From the NCBI GenBank assembly GCA_949297665.1, contig CASFTO010000090.1:33378-97377 (forward strand): a DNA stretch of 64,000 nucleotides, read 5' to 3'. Under the pieces are notes generated by a model. It did no database searches and was not told where the DNA came from. It saw nothing but the letters and a program-made list of their open reading frames with translations. A program made the translations under genes and the position numbers. The stretch comes from an uncultured Alphaproteobacteria bacterium (GTDB lineage: Bacteria > Pseudomonadota > Alphaproteobacteria > RF32 > CAG-239). Positions 43,186-53,572 of the stretch are shown here, one piece after another; the first letter of the stretch is position 1, and the number at the start of each line of letters is the position of its first letter.

Positions 43186-43800
43186 ATGAAGAAGAATTTT
43201 TTCGCAGTCATGGCAGCGATAGTTGTCATCTGCTCGGCTTTTGTTGGAAATGCGTCTGCACAGTGTCTTTACCGCTATGATTACGGTTATGGCGGGGGCG
43301 GTTTATTTGGTGAAGGAGCTAATTTCTACGCCGGATTTGGCGCAGGTGCCGCTCTGGTCAATGACCTTGCTTCTCCAACATTTAGCGCGCGTTTGGGCGT
43401 AGAAGCAGGACTCTTTGTGGCAGAGTTAGAGGGAAGCTATCTCTCTATCAATTCCGTTTATGATGATGGCTTTGAACCCGAAACAAACACCCTCTCTACC
43501 ATGACGGTGGGGGTAAACGTTGGGCTTAATATTTTAGCTTCCTCCGTGGGGCTCTTGTCCTTGATGCTCCATACGGGGTATGCACTGCAAGAGGAATGGT
43601 ATCATGGTGGTTATTATGACTATTATGGTCATGCCTACTATGGGCGTTATTATATCGGAGTCGGCTTAAACGGTTCCGTCAATCTGACGAATCGCTTGGC
43701 TCTCTTTGCAGAGGCAAGGTATCAGTCCATCCCGATTGACGGATGCGGAGAAACGAAATGGGGAGGTGTTCTCTCCGGCGGACTCCGTGTCTATTTCTAA
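43186..43800 (+). CDS. Outer-membrane beta-barrel protein (third, small Gly/Tyr-rich)
   Basis: Signal peptide MKKNFFAVMAAIVVICSAFVGNASA; C-terminal ...GLRVYF; a -10-like GGTATAAT upstream. Confidence 0.7.
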   Translation: MKKNFFAVMAAIVVICSAFVGNASAQCLYRYDYGYGGGGLFGEGANFYAGFGAGAALVNDLASPTFSARLGVEAGLFVAELEGSYLSINSVYDDGFEPETNTLSTMTVGVNVGLNILASSVGLLSLMLHTGYALQEEWYHGGYYDYYGHAYYGRYYIGVGLNGSVNLTNRLALFAEARYQSIPIDGCGETKWGGVLSGGLRVYF

Positions 43801-43963
43801 ATTATGTTGAACTCTTTTTAAGCGGTGGGAGAAATCTCGCCGCTTTTTTGCGCTCGCTGCTTTTTGTTTTTTTGATGTGGCTTTTTTGTTAGGTCGGACT
43901 TGAAAGAAGTTTGACGGTGATTATATCAACAGGGTATCGTTTTAATTTTGGAGGATGTTGTAC

Positions 43964-44281
43964 ATGAATAAATTGTTTATGGGGCTTTTGGCTATGGCCG
44001 CTTTGACACTCATTGTGACAAAGGCTATCGCCGGTGCCAGCAATACAAATAATAATGCGGCAAATGCTGCGGCTAATGCCGATAACGGAGGAGTCATGAT
44101 TATCGAAACTTATTCGGCATCTTCGGTTGCTACTCCGGGGAATGCTGATGGTAATAATGATATGCAACCACTGCCCGGCGATCCAGGGGTTGAAGTTGCA
44201 CCACTTGATTCTTCTGCCGCTCAACCGATTATGGTTGAAGAAGAGGATGTGATGATTCAACAAACAGAGGATGGTGAGTAA
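43964..44281 (+). CDS. Small secreted acidic low-complexity protein
   Basis: RBS GGAGG upstream. Signal peptide MNKLFMGLLAMAALTLIVTKAIA followed by an Asn/Ala/Asp-rich and Glu-rich tail. Confidence 0.5.
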   Translation: MNKLFMGLLAMAALTLIVTKAIAGASNTNNNAANAAANADNGGVMIIETYSASSVATPGNADGNNDMQPLPGDPGVEVAPLDSSAAQPIMVEEEDVMIQQTEDGE

Positions 44282-44426
44282 TCTCTTATCTTTAAATACA
44301 TCGTTTAAACACCTTTAAATACGCCGTTATCTTCAACGACGTATTTTTTTGTTGGAATGTTGTAAAAAAATGGTAACTCAAAGTCGCGAAAATGTTATTT
44401 AAATACACTGTGTAAATTTATATAAG

Positions 44427-44460
44427 AAAACACCTCGCACTTGAGCACGAGGTGTTTTTT
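44427..44460. terminator. Bidirectional intrinsic terminator downstream of rpsA (minus) and the secreted-protein gene (plus)
   Basis: aaaacacctcg-loop-cgaggtgtttt followed by TTTTTT. Confidence 0.75.
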
Positions 44461-44477
44461 GTGATTAAAGAATTAAA

Positions 44478-46160
44478 TTATTCTTTGTTTTTCAAAGCTT
44501 CGCCTAAAGCGTCACCTAAAGTAGAACCGGAAGCGTTTGAAGCTGAATATTCTTCAATTGCTTTCTTTTCTTCTTCAATCTCATAAGCCTTTACAGAAAC
44601 ACCTAATTTTGCGTTTTTGCGATCAACAGAAGTTAATTTTGCTTCCAAAACGTCACCTTCTTTGTAGCTTAACGGATCGTTGTTTTCTTTAGATAAATCT
44701 GCTTTCTTAATTGTTGCAGCAATGCCTTGAACTGTTACTTGAACACCTTTTTCATCAGCACCGGTTACGATTGCTTTAACAATGTCTCCTTTTTTCAAAG
44801 ATTCTAATGTCATGGCAACGTTGTTTTCAGACATTTGTTTAATGCCCAAGCTGATGCGCTCTTTTTCTACGTCAACATCAATGATTTTTGCTTCAATTGT
44901 TTGACCTTTGGTGTAATCTTTAACAGCCTCTTCGCCGGATTTTTCCCAAGAAATGTCAGACAAGTGAATCATACCATCAATTTCGTCAGACAAACCAATG
45001 AACAAACCAAATTCGGTGATGTTCTTAATTTTGCCTTCGATAACAGATCCTAATGGATGTTCTTCAATGTATGCAGCCCATGGATTTGGTGTGCATTGTT
45101 TGATGCCCAAACTGATACGGCGTTTTTCCGGATCAACTTCAAGAACTTTAACTTCAACTTCTTGTGATGTTGAAACGATTTTACCAGGATGTACGTTCTT
45201 GCGTGTCCAGCTCATTTCTGATACATGAACAAGACCTTCAATGCCGTCTTCGAGTTCAATGAATGCACCGTAATCAGTGATGTTGGTTACTTTTCCTTTG
45301 TAGATTTCGCCGACTTTATACTTGTCTGCAACAGCTTGCCATGGGTCATTTTCCAATTGTTTCATGCCAAGGCTGATACGTTGTGTATCTTCATTGAATT
45401 TGATAACTTGTACTTTTACGGTTTGTCCTAATGAAAGTACTTCTGCAGGATGATTGATTCTCTTCCATGAAATGTCAGTAACGTGTAATAAACCGTCTAC
45501 ACCGCCCAAATCGATGAATGCACCGTAATCAGTTAAGTTCTTAACGATACCTTCTAATACGGAACCTTCTTTGATGGTGTCTATTAATTCAGCGCGAGCT
45601 GATGCTCTGGTTTCTTCTAACACAACTCGACGAGAAACAACGATGTTACCGCGTACTTTGTCCATCTTCAAAATTTGGAACGGTTGTGAAATTCCCATTA
45701 GAGGTGTGATGTCTTTAATCGGGCGGATATCAATTTGTGAACCCGGCAAGAAAGCAATCGCACCATTCAAATCAACAGTGAAACCGCCTTTAACGCGACC
45801 GAAGATTACACCGTTTACTCTTTCGTTGTTGTTCATCATCTTTTCAAGGTCTTGCCATACTTCTTCACGGCGCGCCTTTTCACGAGATAATACGATGTTG
45901 CCGTCTTTGTCTTCGTATCTGTCTACCAATACTTCTACAACGTCGCCAACTTTTAATTCATCGTTTCTTCCGAATTCGCGAAGCGGAATGCGGCCTTCTG
46001 ATTTCAAACCTACATCAACAGTTGCGAAATCGTCTGTTAAACGAATGATTGTTCCTTTCATAACTGTGCCAACAATGCCTTTGTTGCCGAATTGTTCATT
46101 CAACAATTCTTCAAAATTTTCAGTCATTTCAGGAATTTGTATTTCTGCAGTATTTGCCAT
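44478..46160 (-). CDS. rpsA: 30S ribosomal protein S1
   Basis: 560 aa with six tandem S1 domains. Confidence 0.95.
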   Translation of the reverse strand: MANTAEIQIPEMTENFEELLNEQFGNKGIVGTVMKGTIIRLTDDFATVDVGLKSEGRIPLREFGRNDELKVGDVVEVLVDRYEDKDGNIVLSREKARREEVWQDLEKMMNNNERVNGVIFGRVKGGFTVDLNGAIAFLPGSQIDIRPIKDITPLMGISQPFQILKMDKVRGNIVVSRRVVLEETRASARAELIDTIKEGSVLEGIVKNLTDYGAFIDLGGVDGLLHVTDISWKRINHPAEVLSLGQTVKVQVIKFNEDTQRISLGMKQLENDPWQAVADKYKVGEIYKGKVTNITDYGAFIELEDGIEGLVHVSEMSWTRKNVHPGKIVSTSQEVEVKVLEVDPEKRRISLGIKQCTPNPWAAYIEEHPLGSVIEGKIKNITEFGLFIGLSDEIDGMIHLSDISWEKSGEEAVKDYTKGQTIEAKIIDVDVEKERISLGIKQMSENNVAMTLESLKKGDIVKAIVTGADEKGVQVTVQGIAATIKKADLSKENNDPLSYKEGDVLEAKLTSVDRKNAKLGVSVKAYEIEEEKKAIEEYSASNASGSTLGDALGEALKNKE

Positions 46161-46326
46161 TATTTTTTATTTTCAAAAAATGCCAGACCCTCATAAGAGG
46201 CGGACTTGTGCATATTAAAAATACTTCTTTATGCTGCACCGCATAAAAGAATTGTCAGACTCTTAGCTTTAAATATCTAAAAAGTCAAGAAAATTGTGTT
46301 AAAATCGGTGCTTTTGTTACTTTGTT

Positions 46327-47088
46327 TTAGACTTTGTACGGAAGGCGTTTGTATATGAAATCACTTATGCAATTGGGGAGAATGCTTCCTAACCATACGG
46401 CTAATCTCATTGGCCACGGAAAGGCTATTAAACCGATGTTCTTTTGTATCCTTTTAGCAATGATTTCTGCAGCTTTGTCGGCTTCCATAAAAAATGGCAT
46501 CGGACAGGTGTTTTTGTCGGTGATTCTTGAACGGACGAATCCGGGACATATTGTGTTTACTTGTATGTTGTAAGCTAGCAAATTTAAACGTAGAGCTTCT
46601 CCGTATGTTTTTACACATGCTTTGGTGGCACTGTATGATGGACAGGCAGGAAGTCCATGATAACCGGCAATGGATGCTGTGATGGCAATGATTTTGTCTT
46701 TATCGGTTCTTTTTTTATAATTTTCAATGGTGGGAGTGATTGTATTTATTACTCCCATGACGTTTGTATTGAATGTGTTGTATATATTTTCGGGGGTTTC
46801 TTCTAACGTGGCGACGCCTGCATTAGCAAAAACTAGATTTAGTGGTGTTGATTTTTCTGCGGTATTTATCCAATTTTCAACTTCTTCTTTGTTGGTTATG
46901 TTGATGATTTGGGCGTGAATTTTTGCTTTTCCGATTTTTTGACATGCTTTTTTTACTTTGCTTAATCTTTGTTGGTTTCGTCCACAGATGTATAGATTTT
47001 CTGTTTCTTGCTGTTGCGCGTAATATAATGCCAATGCTTCACCTATTCCCGATGATGCGCCCGTAATCAGAATATTTTTGATAATCAT
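46327..47088 (-). CDS. Short-chain dehydrogenase/reductase (SDR) family oxidoreductase
   Basis: TGASSGIG cofactor motif and a Y-x3-K catalytic region. Confidence 0.85.
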   Translation of the reverse strand: MIIKNILITGASSGIGEALALYYAQQQETENLYICGRNQQRLSKVKKACQKIGKAKIHAQIINITNKEEVENWINTAEKSTPLNLVFANAGVATLEETPENIYNTFNTNVMGVINTITPTIENYKKRTDKDKIIAITASIAGYHGLPACPSYSATKACVKTYGEALRLNLLAYNIQVNTICPGFVRSRITDKNTCPMPFFMEADKAAEIIAKRIQKNIGLIAFPWPMRLAVWLGSILPNCISDFIYKRLPYKV

Positions 47089-47223
47089 GGTGTAATCCTT
47101 TAAATAAAACTTTATTTATGTGTTTTATCATATATATTACTTCTTAAGAAATGTAAAAGGTTAGAAAAAATTATGAGGCTTTTTATGACTGATTGTAATT
47201 ATAGAAATAAAAGAAAAGGTACG

Positions 47224-47832
47224 ATGTTTATTTTTTCAGCTCCGAGTGGTGGCGGGAAAAGTTCAATTATTAGGGAAATATTAAAAAATTTGGATGATAT
47301 CCAACTTTCTGTTTCTGTTACAACGCGTTTGCCCAGAGATGGGGAAATTGAAGGTAAAGATTATTATTTTATTTCAGAAGAAGAGTTTGCTAAGTTGATT
47401 AAAAATAATGAGCTGTATGAATATGTTAATTCTGATTTCGGACCAAAGTACGGGACTCCTAAAATGCAGGTTGATAAGCTCTTAAATCAGGGAAAAGATG
47501 TTATTCTTGATTTGGATTTTTTCGGTGTTCAAAATTTAAGAAAATTGGCTGGTGACAGAGTTAAGGCTATTGCGTTAATTCCTCCGTCAATGAGAGTTTT
47601 GCGTGAGAGATTGGTCGGACGGGCTACCGATGCGGATGAAATTATTGAGCGCCGGATGAGTATGGCTGAAAAAAGAATTAAAGAATCAATGTTTTATGAT
47701 TATGTTATTGTGAATGATGACTTGGATAAGGCTGCGGATGAAGCTATTTCTATTATTAAATCGACTCGAGTTGAAAGAAAAAATATTTGCGAATTGGAAG
47801 AACTCATCAATCAGATTGTGGAAGATAAGTAA
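47224..47832 (+). CDS. gmk: Guanylate kinase
   Basis: P-loop SAPSGGGKSS right after the ATG at 47224 (RBS AAAGG). The ORF track offers an upstream alternative at 47173. Confidence 0.85.
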   Translation: MFIFSAPSGGGKSSIIREILKNLDDIQLSVSVTTRLPRDGEIEGKDYYFISEEEFAKLIKNNELYEYVNSDFGPKYGTPKMQVDKLLNQGKDVILDLDFFGVQNLRKLAGDRVKAIALIPPSMRVLRERLVGRATDADEIIERRMSMAEKRIKESMFYDYVIVNDDLDKAADEAISIIKSTRVERKNICELEELINQIVEDK

Positions 47833-48756
47833 ATGACTAAGATTTATAATTCAATTGTTGAAATGGTGGGGCATACGCCTTTGTTGAGATTAGGAAATCT
47901 GACAACGAAGTTTAAGTTAAATGCCGAGATCTTGGCAAAGTGTGAAATGTATAATCCTCTTTTTTCGGCAAAAGACAGAGTGGCGTTGTCAATGATTCAA
48001 AAACAAGAAAAATCGGGCGTAACCGATGATACGGTTTTTGTGGAGGCGACTTCCGGTAATACGGGAATTGCTTTGGCTGCGATTGTTGCTGCAAAAGGAT
48101 ATAAATTGATTATTGTTATGCCGGAAAATATGTCGCAAGAGAGAATCGCTTTAATGCGTCATTTGGGAGCAGAGGTTATTCTTACTCAGGCCGAAGATGG
48201 TATGAGCGGTGCTATTCATAAAGCCGAGATTTTAAAAGAAAGGAATCCTAATGTCGTTATTTTAAATCAATTTGAAAATGGGGCGAATCCTGATGCTCAT
48301 CGGATGGGAACAGCTATGGAAATACTAGAAGATACCGGTGGTGATTTTGATGCGATTGTTGCAGGGGTAGGAACTTCCGGTACACTTACAGGTCTTGCTT
48401 CTGTTTTGAAAACGTATAATCAGGATTTGTTTGTCGCCGCAGTTGAACCGGCCGGTAGTGCAGTCTTAAGCGGGGAAACTTCCGGTATTCATAAAATTCA
48501 AGGAATTGGTGCAGGTTTTGTTCCGGCTTTGTATGATAAATCTTTGGTTAGTGAGATTATTAAAGTTAGTGATGATGAGGCTATTGAAATGGCTAGAATT
48601 GTTGCTAAAACTGAAGGTTTGCCAATTGGTATTTCCGGCGGAGCTGCCGTTGTTGCGGCTGTCGAATTGGCAAAACGTGCGGAGTTTCTTAATAAACGCT
48701 TGGTGGTTGTTTTACCTGATAGTGTTGAACGCTATTTGTCTACAGGATATTTTTAG
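47833..48756 (+). CDS. cysK: Cysteine synthase A (O-acetylserine sulfhydrylase), PLP-dependent
   Basis: PLP lysine region SAKDRVA; TSGNTGIALA; GxGTSGT glycine loop. Confidence 0.9.
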   Translation: MTKIYNSIVEMVGHTPLLRLGNLTTKFKLNAEILAKCEMYNPLFSAKDRVALSMIQKQEKSGVTDDTVFVEATSGNTGIALAAIVAAKGYKLIIVMPENMSQERIALMRHLGAEVILTQAEDGMSGAIHKAEILKERNPNVVILNQFENGANPDAHRMGTAMEILEDTGGDFDAIVAGVGTSGTLTGLASVLKTYNQDLFVAAVEPAGSAVLSGETSGIHKIQGIGAGFVPALYDKSLVSEIIKVSDDEAIEMARIVAKTEGLPIGISGGAAVVAAVELAKRAEFLNKRLVVVLPDSVERYLSTGYF

Positions 48757-48761
48757 GATTT

Positions 48762-49874
48762 TTGACAATGATGAAACCAAATTCAATTTTAGGTTCTTAC
48801 CTTATTAAACAGACAATATTGAATTTCTTGTTTGTTTTGGGGATTATTTGCGCAATTATCATGATGTTTGATATGATTGAAATTTTGCGTAGGACTTCTG
48901 GTCGTCACGATGCGTCTGTTGGTTTTTTGTTGCAATATGTTATTGCTAAATTGCCGGAAACAGTTGATAAAGTTGTTCCTTTTATTGTAATGGTTTCAAC
49001 AATGATTGCTTTTTGGCGCTTGAGTAAAACAAATGAATTTGTGATTATTCGGGCAACCGGTGTGTCTATTTGGGGAGTTCTGACGCCGGTGTTGTTGGCT
49101 GTGTTTGGAATAGGTGTTTTTTGGGTGGCAGTCCTAAATCCGATTTCGGCTAAATTGTTTGAATTGAAAGAAACTATGTCTTATCGCTTATCTACGGATA
49201 ACCCTAATGCTATGCTCTTTTCTAATAAAGGACTCTGGATACGAGAGGGGAAAAGTGATGGTACTGTTGCTATTCTTAATGCCGGTAGTCTTAATTTGCA
49301 AGATGGGGTGCTATGGCTTAGGGATATCAGTATTATTGAAGTTGATGACAATACTCAAGTGAAACGTCGTCTTGAGGCTTTTGTTGCAACGTTGGAAGAC
49401 GGTGATTTGAATTTACGCGATGTGCGTATTTATAAAGCCGGTCAACAAGCTGAGATTTTAAATAGTCTTAAATATCCGACTGAGATGAATATCCAACGTA
49501 TTAAAGATAATTTTGTAGATCCGGAAGCTATTTCTTTTTGGAATTTACCGGATACAATTGAATTTTATGAAACCTCCGGTTTTTCTGTGCAACGTTATAA
49601 AATGAGATATTTAAGTTTAATTGCTTTGCCGTTTTTCCTGATGGCAATGGTTTTGGTTGCAGGAATTTTCTCATTGAAAGCTAGTCAGCGTCAAGGCGGA
49701 GTTTTGTTAATGATTGTATCCGGTATTGCAACAGGATTTACGGTTTATTTTACTTCGCAAGTTATTTCTGCTTTTGGGGTAAATGCGTATATTCCGGCGT
49801 GGTTTGCTGTTTGGGCTCCGGCTATTGTGGTTGCATCAATCAGTATCTCTGTTTATTTACATAAAGAAGAATAG
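48762..49874 (+). CDS. LPS export ABC transporter permease, LptF/LptG (YjgP/YjgQ) family
   Basis: 370 aa with six TM helices and a periplasmic beta-jellyroll insert. The sequence alone cannot distinguish LptF from LptG. Confidence 0.75.
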   Translation: MTMMKPNSILGSYLIKQTILNFLFVLGIICAIIMMFDMIEILRRTSGRHDASVGFLLQYVIAKLPETVDKVVPFIVMVSTMIAFWRLSKTNEFVIIRATGVSIWGVLTPVLLAVFGIGVFWVAVLNPISAKLFELKETMSYRLSTDNPNAMLFSNKGLWIREGKSDGTVAILNAGSLNLQDGVLWLRDISIIEVDDNTQVKRRLEAFVATLEDGDLNLRDVRIYKAGQQAEILNSLKYPTEMNIQRIKDNFVDPEAISFWNLPDTIEFYETSGFSVQRYKMRYLSLIALPFFLMAMVLVAGIFSLKASQRQGGVLLMIVSGIATGFTVYFTSQVISAFGVNAYIPAWFAVWAPAIVVASISISVYLHKEE

Positions 49875-49877
49875 TAA

Positions 49878-50315
49878 TTATTGGAGCAGTGATATTATTT
49901 CCGATGATATTTTACACGGACGCATATTTTCCAGACTTAGAAATACTAGAGTGATGTCTATTTCGCACAATATGTTTTCTCCGCGGTAAAGTTTCTGTTC
50001 CATTTTTAGAGATACACCTTTGATTTCTGTTATTTTGCACGTTATATCTAAAGCATCGTCGAGTTTTGCCGGAGATTTATAACTAATGTTACAGTCGCGG
50101 ACAACAAAGCCTTTTCCTTCTTTTTTGAGCATTTCTTCTTGATTGATTCCTAAATGACGGAGAAATTCCGTTCGGGCTCTTTCTGCGTATTTTAAATAAT
50201 TTGCGTAGTAAACTATGCCACCGGCATCGGTGTCTTCATAATAAATTCTTATAGGGAATGAAAATGTTTTATCTTCAAAGAGTTTTCCTTTTATTGTGTC
50301 TGTGGTATATGTCAT
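49878..50315 (-). CDS. ybgC: Tol-Pal-associated acyl-CoA thioesterase YbgC (4HBT family)
   Basis: Hotdog-fold motif YYEDTDAGGIVYYANYLKY; position next to ruvB. Confidence 0.8.
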   Translation of the reverse strand: MTYTTDTIKGKLFEDKTFSFPIRIYYEDTDAGGIVYYANYLKYAERARTEFLRHLGINQEEMLKKEGKGFVVRDCNISYKSPAKLDDALDITCKITEIKGVSLKMEQKLYRGENILCEIDITLVFLSLENMRPCKISSEIISLLQ

Positions 50316-50319
50316 CTTC

Positions 50320-51381
50320 TTAAATTCCTAAATCATCCATAAAACTAAATTGGTTATTGTTGTTTTTGAATTTGCTTATGCCTAAATATTTGCATCCTTG
50401 TTCAGATAAAACACGTCCTCTTGGTGTACGTTGTAAAAATCCCAGCTTTAGCAAATAAGGCTCAATTACTTCTTCAATTGTATCGCGTTCTTCTGATAAG
50501 GCTGCGGCTAATGTATCGGCTCCGACTGGACCTCCTCCATAGTTCTTTGCTATGCAATTTAAATATCTACGGTCAAATTCATCTAATCCATATGCATCGA
50601 CATCTAATAATCTTAGGGCTTTGTCGGCAATTGCTGAATCTATTTCAACATTACCGGCAACGGCTCCGAAATCTCGAACACGTTTCAATAAACGACCGGC
50701 AATACGCGGCGTGCCTCGCGAACGTTTGGCTATTTCCATGGCGCCGTCATTTGAAATCGGCATGTTTAATAAGTGTGCGCCTCTTAATACGATTTTTTGT
50801 AAATCTTCATGATTATAAAAGTCCATACGCAACGGAATTCCAAAGCGTTCTCTTAATGGGGTAGATACTAGACCCGAACGTGTTGTTGCGCCGACTAGTG
50901 TGAAAGGTTGTAAGTCTATTTTTACCGAACGAGCGGAAGGACCTTCCCCGATAATAATGTCTAGTTGAAAGTCTTCCATGGCGGAATATAAAACTTCTTC
51001 TATGGCGGGGTTTAGACGATGAATCTCGTCGATAAATAATACATCTCTGGCTTCTAAATTTGTTAATATTGCCGCTAAATCTCCGGATTTTGTTATCATT
51101 GGTGCTGATGTTGCCTTAAATCCTACTCCCAGTTCTTTAGATATAATGTTGGATAGGGTGGTTTTACCTAGACCGGGAGGTCCGTAAAGTAATACATGGT
51201 CTAAAACTTCACCTCTGCTTTTGGCAGATTGGATGAAAACTTTTAGGTTTTGACATACTTTTTCTTGCCCGACAAATTCATCTAATGTTGTCGGACGTAA
51301 ATTTATGCTTGCCGGAGAATTGTTTTCATCAGTGGAGAGTTTTTTTGCGCTTACAATTCTTTCTTTTTCATCGGACAGCAT
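50320..51381 (-). CDS. ruvB: Holliday junction branch-migration ATPase RuvB
   Basis: AAA+ Walker [10 protein letters not shown]; 353 aa. Confidence 0.95.
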   Translation of the reverse strand: MLSDEKERIVSAKKLSTDENNSPASINLRPTTLDEFVGQEKVCQNLKVFIQSAKSRGEVLDHVLLYGPPGLGKTTLSNIISKELGVGFKATSAPMITKSGDLAAILTNLEARDVLFIDEIHRLNPAIEEVLYSAMEDFQLDIIIGEGPSARSVKIDLQPFTLVGATTRSGLVSTPLRERFGIPLRMDFYNHEDLQKIVLRGAHLLNMPISNDGAMEIAKRSRGTPRIAGRLLKRVRDFGAVAGNVEIDSAIADKALRLLDVDAYGLDEFDRRYLNCIAKNYGGGPVGADTLAAALSEERDTIEEVIEPYLLKLGFLQRTPRGRVLSEQGCKYLGISKFKNNNNQFSFMDDLGI

Positions 51382-51383
51382 AG

Positions 51384-52073
51384 TTATTTCTCCAGTTGAT
51401 TAAATTCTTTTAGAGCCAGACGTATTAATGTTCCTAAATCAGCTTTAGGATTATTTAAGCAAATTTCTGTGGCAACACGATAAGCATCGATTTTTTGATA
51501 TCCTAAATTGGTTAAGGCTGAAGTTACGTCTTCTGTGTTATTATAGGTTTGACTTTCTGTATCTTCTGTATCAGAGATTTTTGATGGGGAAACTTTGGCT
51601 GTTGTTTCTTCTGCGCTTACTTCTGTGAATTGTGCTTTTTCTATATCCGAGGTTCCCATATATTCAACGGGAATGGTGACAATTTTATCTTTTAATTCCG
51701 TTACTAATCGTGCAGCCAATTTGGGACCGACACCTGAAGCTCTGAGAAAAGAACTTTTATCTTGTGCGGCAACGGCTTGCGATAGTTGTGCCGGTGATAA
51801 TGCACTTAATATACTTAAGCAAACTTTTCCTCCAACGCCTTGTATTTTGGTCAGAGTGTTAAACCATTCCTTTTCCCACGGATTTTGAAAACCGAACAGT
51901 GTTATACTATCTTCTTTTATTACAGTTTCTATTAATAAAGAAGCATATTCGCTTTGTTTTAGTTTTGAAAGTGATCGAGATGACATGTTGACGAGGTAGC
52001 CAACCCCGTTTACGTCTATGATGCAACAGTCTTCTCCTATGTTGTCAATAATTCCTTTTAATTTTGCTATCAT
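51384..52073 (-). CDS. ruvA: Holliday junction DNA helicase RuvA
   Basis: [10 protein letters not shown]-terminus with RBS AAAGGA. The ORF track extends 17 codons further, to 52124. Confidence 0.9.
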   Translation of the reverse strand: MIAKLKGIIDNIGEDCCIIDVNGVGYLVNMSSRSLSKLKQSEYASLLIETVIKEDSITLFGFQNPWEKEWFNTLTKIQGVGGKVCLSILSALSPAQLSQAVAAQDKSSFLRASGVGPKLAARLVTELKDKIVTIPVEYMGTSDIEKAQFTEVSAEETTAKVSPSKISDTEDTESQTYNNTEDVTSALTNLGYQKIDAYRVATEICLNNPKADLGTLIRLALKEFNQLEK

Positions 52074-52209
52074 CTTTTTTCCTTTGTTTTTTGTAAGTCT
52101 AAAGGTCTTTTTGTCGGCCTTCAAGTGTTTTTTTATATAACCCCCTTTTATTCGTGGTTTTGATGGTTATATCCGTGATGATGTTTAAACATTATTAAAG
52201 GATGTAAGG

Positions 52210-53355
52210 ATGAAAGAATGTAAGGTGTTTATTTTAGCTTTATTGTGTTTTATGGGGACGGAAAATGCCGGTGCGGAAAGTTTAATATCTGAGTATCAGC
52301 AGTTTAAAAATAATCTTAATCAAAAATACGGGTTTGATTATAATGTTGATGTTTCCGTATTAGGACAGCGAACCAGTCCAAGTGGTAAAAATAATGCGGT
52401 TCAAGCATATATTTATCCCGAATTTTCTTGGACGACTTTTGATAATCATTATGGTACCGGGACTTTAAATTTTGCTTATACAATTATTCGTTACGGAAAT
52501 CATAATGCAAATGATTTAGCGGGTAATTCCGGCTTTGTTACGGGAATTAATGATTATACCAATGACGAAAATCAGTTTGATGAACTCTATTATACTTATC
52601 AATTACCGGCGAATTGGAATTGGTTAACTTTTGCTCTCGGACAATTTCCTCTCTATAATTTTGACGGGACAAATTATGATTCTAATCAGCAAGTTAATTT
52701 CTTAAATGATTCTTTGGCACAAAACGCTTCGGCTTCATATTCTGATGCCGGTTTGGGTGGGTATGTGCAGATTACGCCTAATGATGAATGGAACTTTACG
52801 TTTGGTGGACAAGATGCTACAAATGTTGAGGCTCCCAGTATCCGTTTTAATCATTTGGATGAAAATCATTATACAACATTTGGATATGTTGCGTATACTC
52901 CCACTATTAAAGGTTTAGGGGATGCGGAAATTTCTTTGTTGGTATATAATCAACCGGCTGTTACAGAACAGCCTCAGACAACTAATGGGTGGTCGCTTAA
53001 TTTATCTCAAAATATTGGGGAAAAATTTAGTGTTTTTGCTCGTGTAAATGAAGTTAGCGGTAGTATGGAAGAAATTCGACAATCTTGGGTATTGGGAGGT
53101 GTTTATAACAATCCTTTAGATAGGAACCCTTTGGATCAAATAGGTTTAGCGTATGCTTATAATAAAATCGATGAAGCGGCTGTCGGTGAACAAATTTCTC
53201 ATAAGGCTGAACAAATTATAGAGGCGTATTGGGCGTGGGGAATTGGTGATATGTTGACGATTACTCCTGATGTGCAGTTGTATATTAATCCGGCGCTTAA
53301 TCAAAAATCTGATTATGGGGTGGTTACCAGTCTGCGTGCAACTGTGTTCTTTTAG
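52210..53355 (+). CDS. Outer-membrane porin (possibly OprB-like carbohydrate porin family)
   Basis: Signal peptide, beta-strand-rich sequence, C-terminal ...LRATVFF. The OprB-family assignment is tentative. Confidence 0.65.
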   Translation: MKECKVFILALLCFMGTENAGAESLISEYQQFKNNLNQKYGFDYNVDVSVLGQRTSPSGKNNAVQAYIYPEFSWTTFDNHYGTGTLNFAYTIIRYGNHNANDLAGNSGFVTGINDYTNDENQFDELYYTYQLPANWNWLTFALGQFPLYNFDGTNYDSNQQVNFLNDSLAQNASASYSDAGLGGYVQITPNDEWNFTFGGQDATNVEAPSIRFNHLDENHYTTFGYVAYTPTIKGLGDAEISLLVYNQPAVTEQPQTTNGWSLNLSQNIGEKFSVFARVNEVSGSMEEIRQSWVLGGVYNNPLDRNPLDQIGLAYAYNKIDEAAVGEQISHKAEQIIEAYWAWGIGDMLTITPDVQLYINPALNQKSDYGVVTSLRATVFF

Positions 53356-53415
53356 CCGATTGTTTTTACTTTTTTTGTTTCGACCTACTGTTGTTTGGGC
53401 AATGGTAGGTTTCTT

Positions 53416-53443
53416 TTTAAATACATTGTTTAAATACATCGTT
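53416..53443 (+). repeat. Tandem pair of the dispersed 15-mer TTTAAATACAYYGTT
   Basis: tttaaatacattgtt then ttaaatacatcgtt; other copies are listed in the findings. Confidence 0.85.
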
Positions 53444-53572
53444 TTTTCTTTTTTATTCATAAACGGCCTTTTTCGTTGTGTATTAATGGTATTTTCTTGA
53501 TGTTTCTTCTGTAAAAAAGGGGTATGTATTCGATATTAATTGAAGTTCTGGTAAGAGGTGAGTTTTTTTAAT

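Noticed and set aside
43889-44263. 124 aa minus-strand ORF
   Set aside because: It is antisense to the RBS-supported secreted-protein gene (43964-44281) and is His/Ile-rich nonsense.
45571-46218. 215 aa plus-strand ORF
   Set aside because: It is antisense to rpsA.
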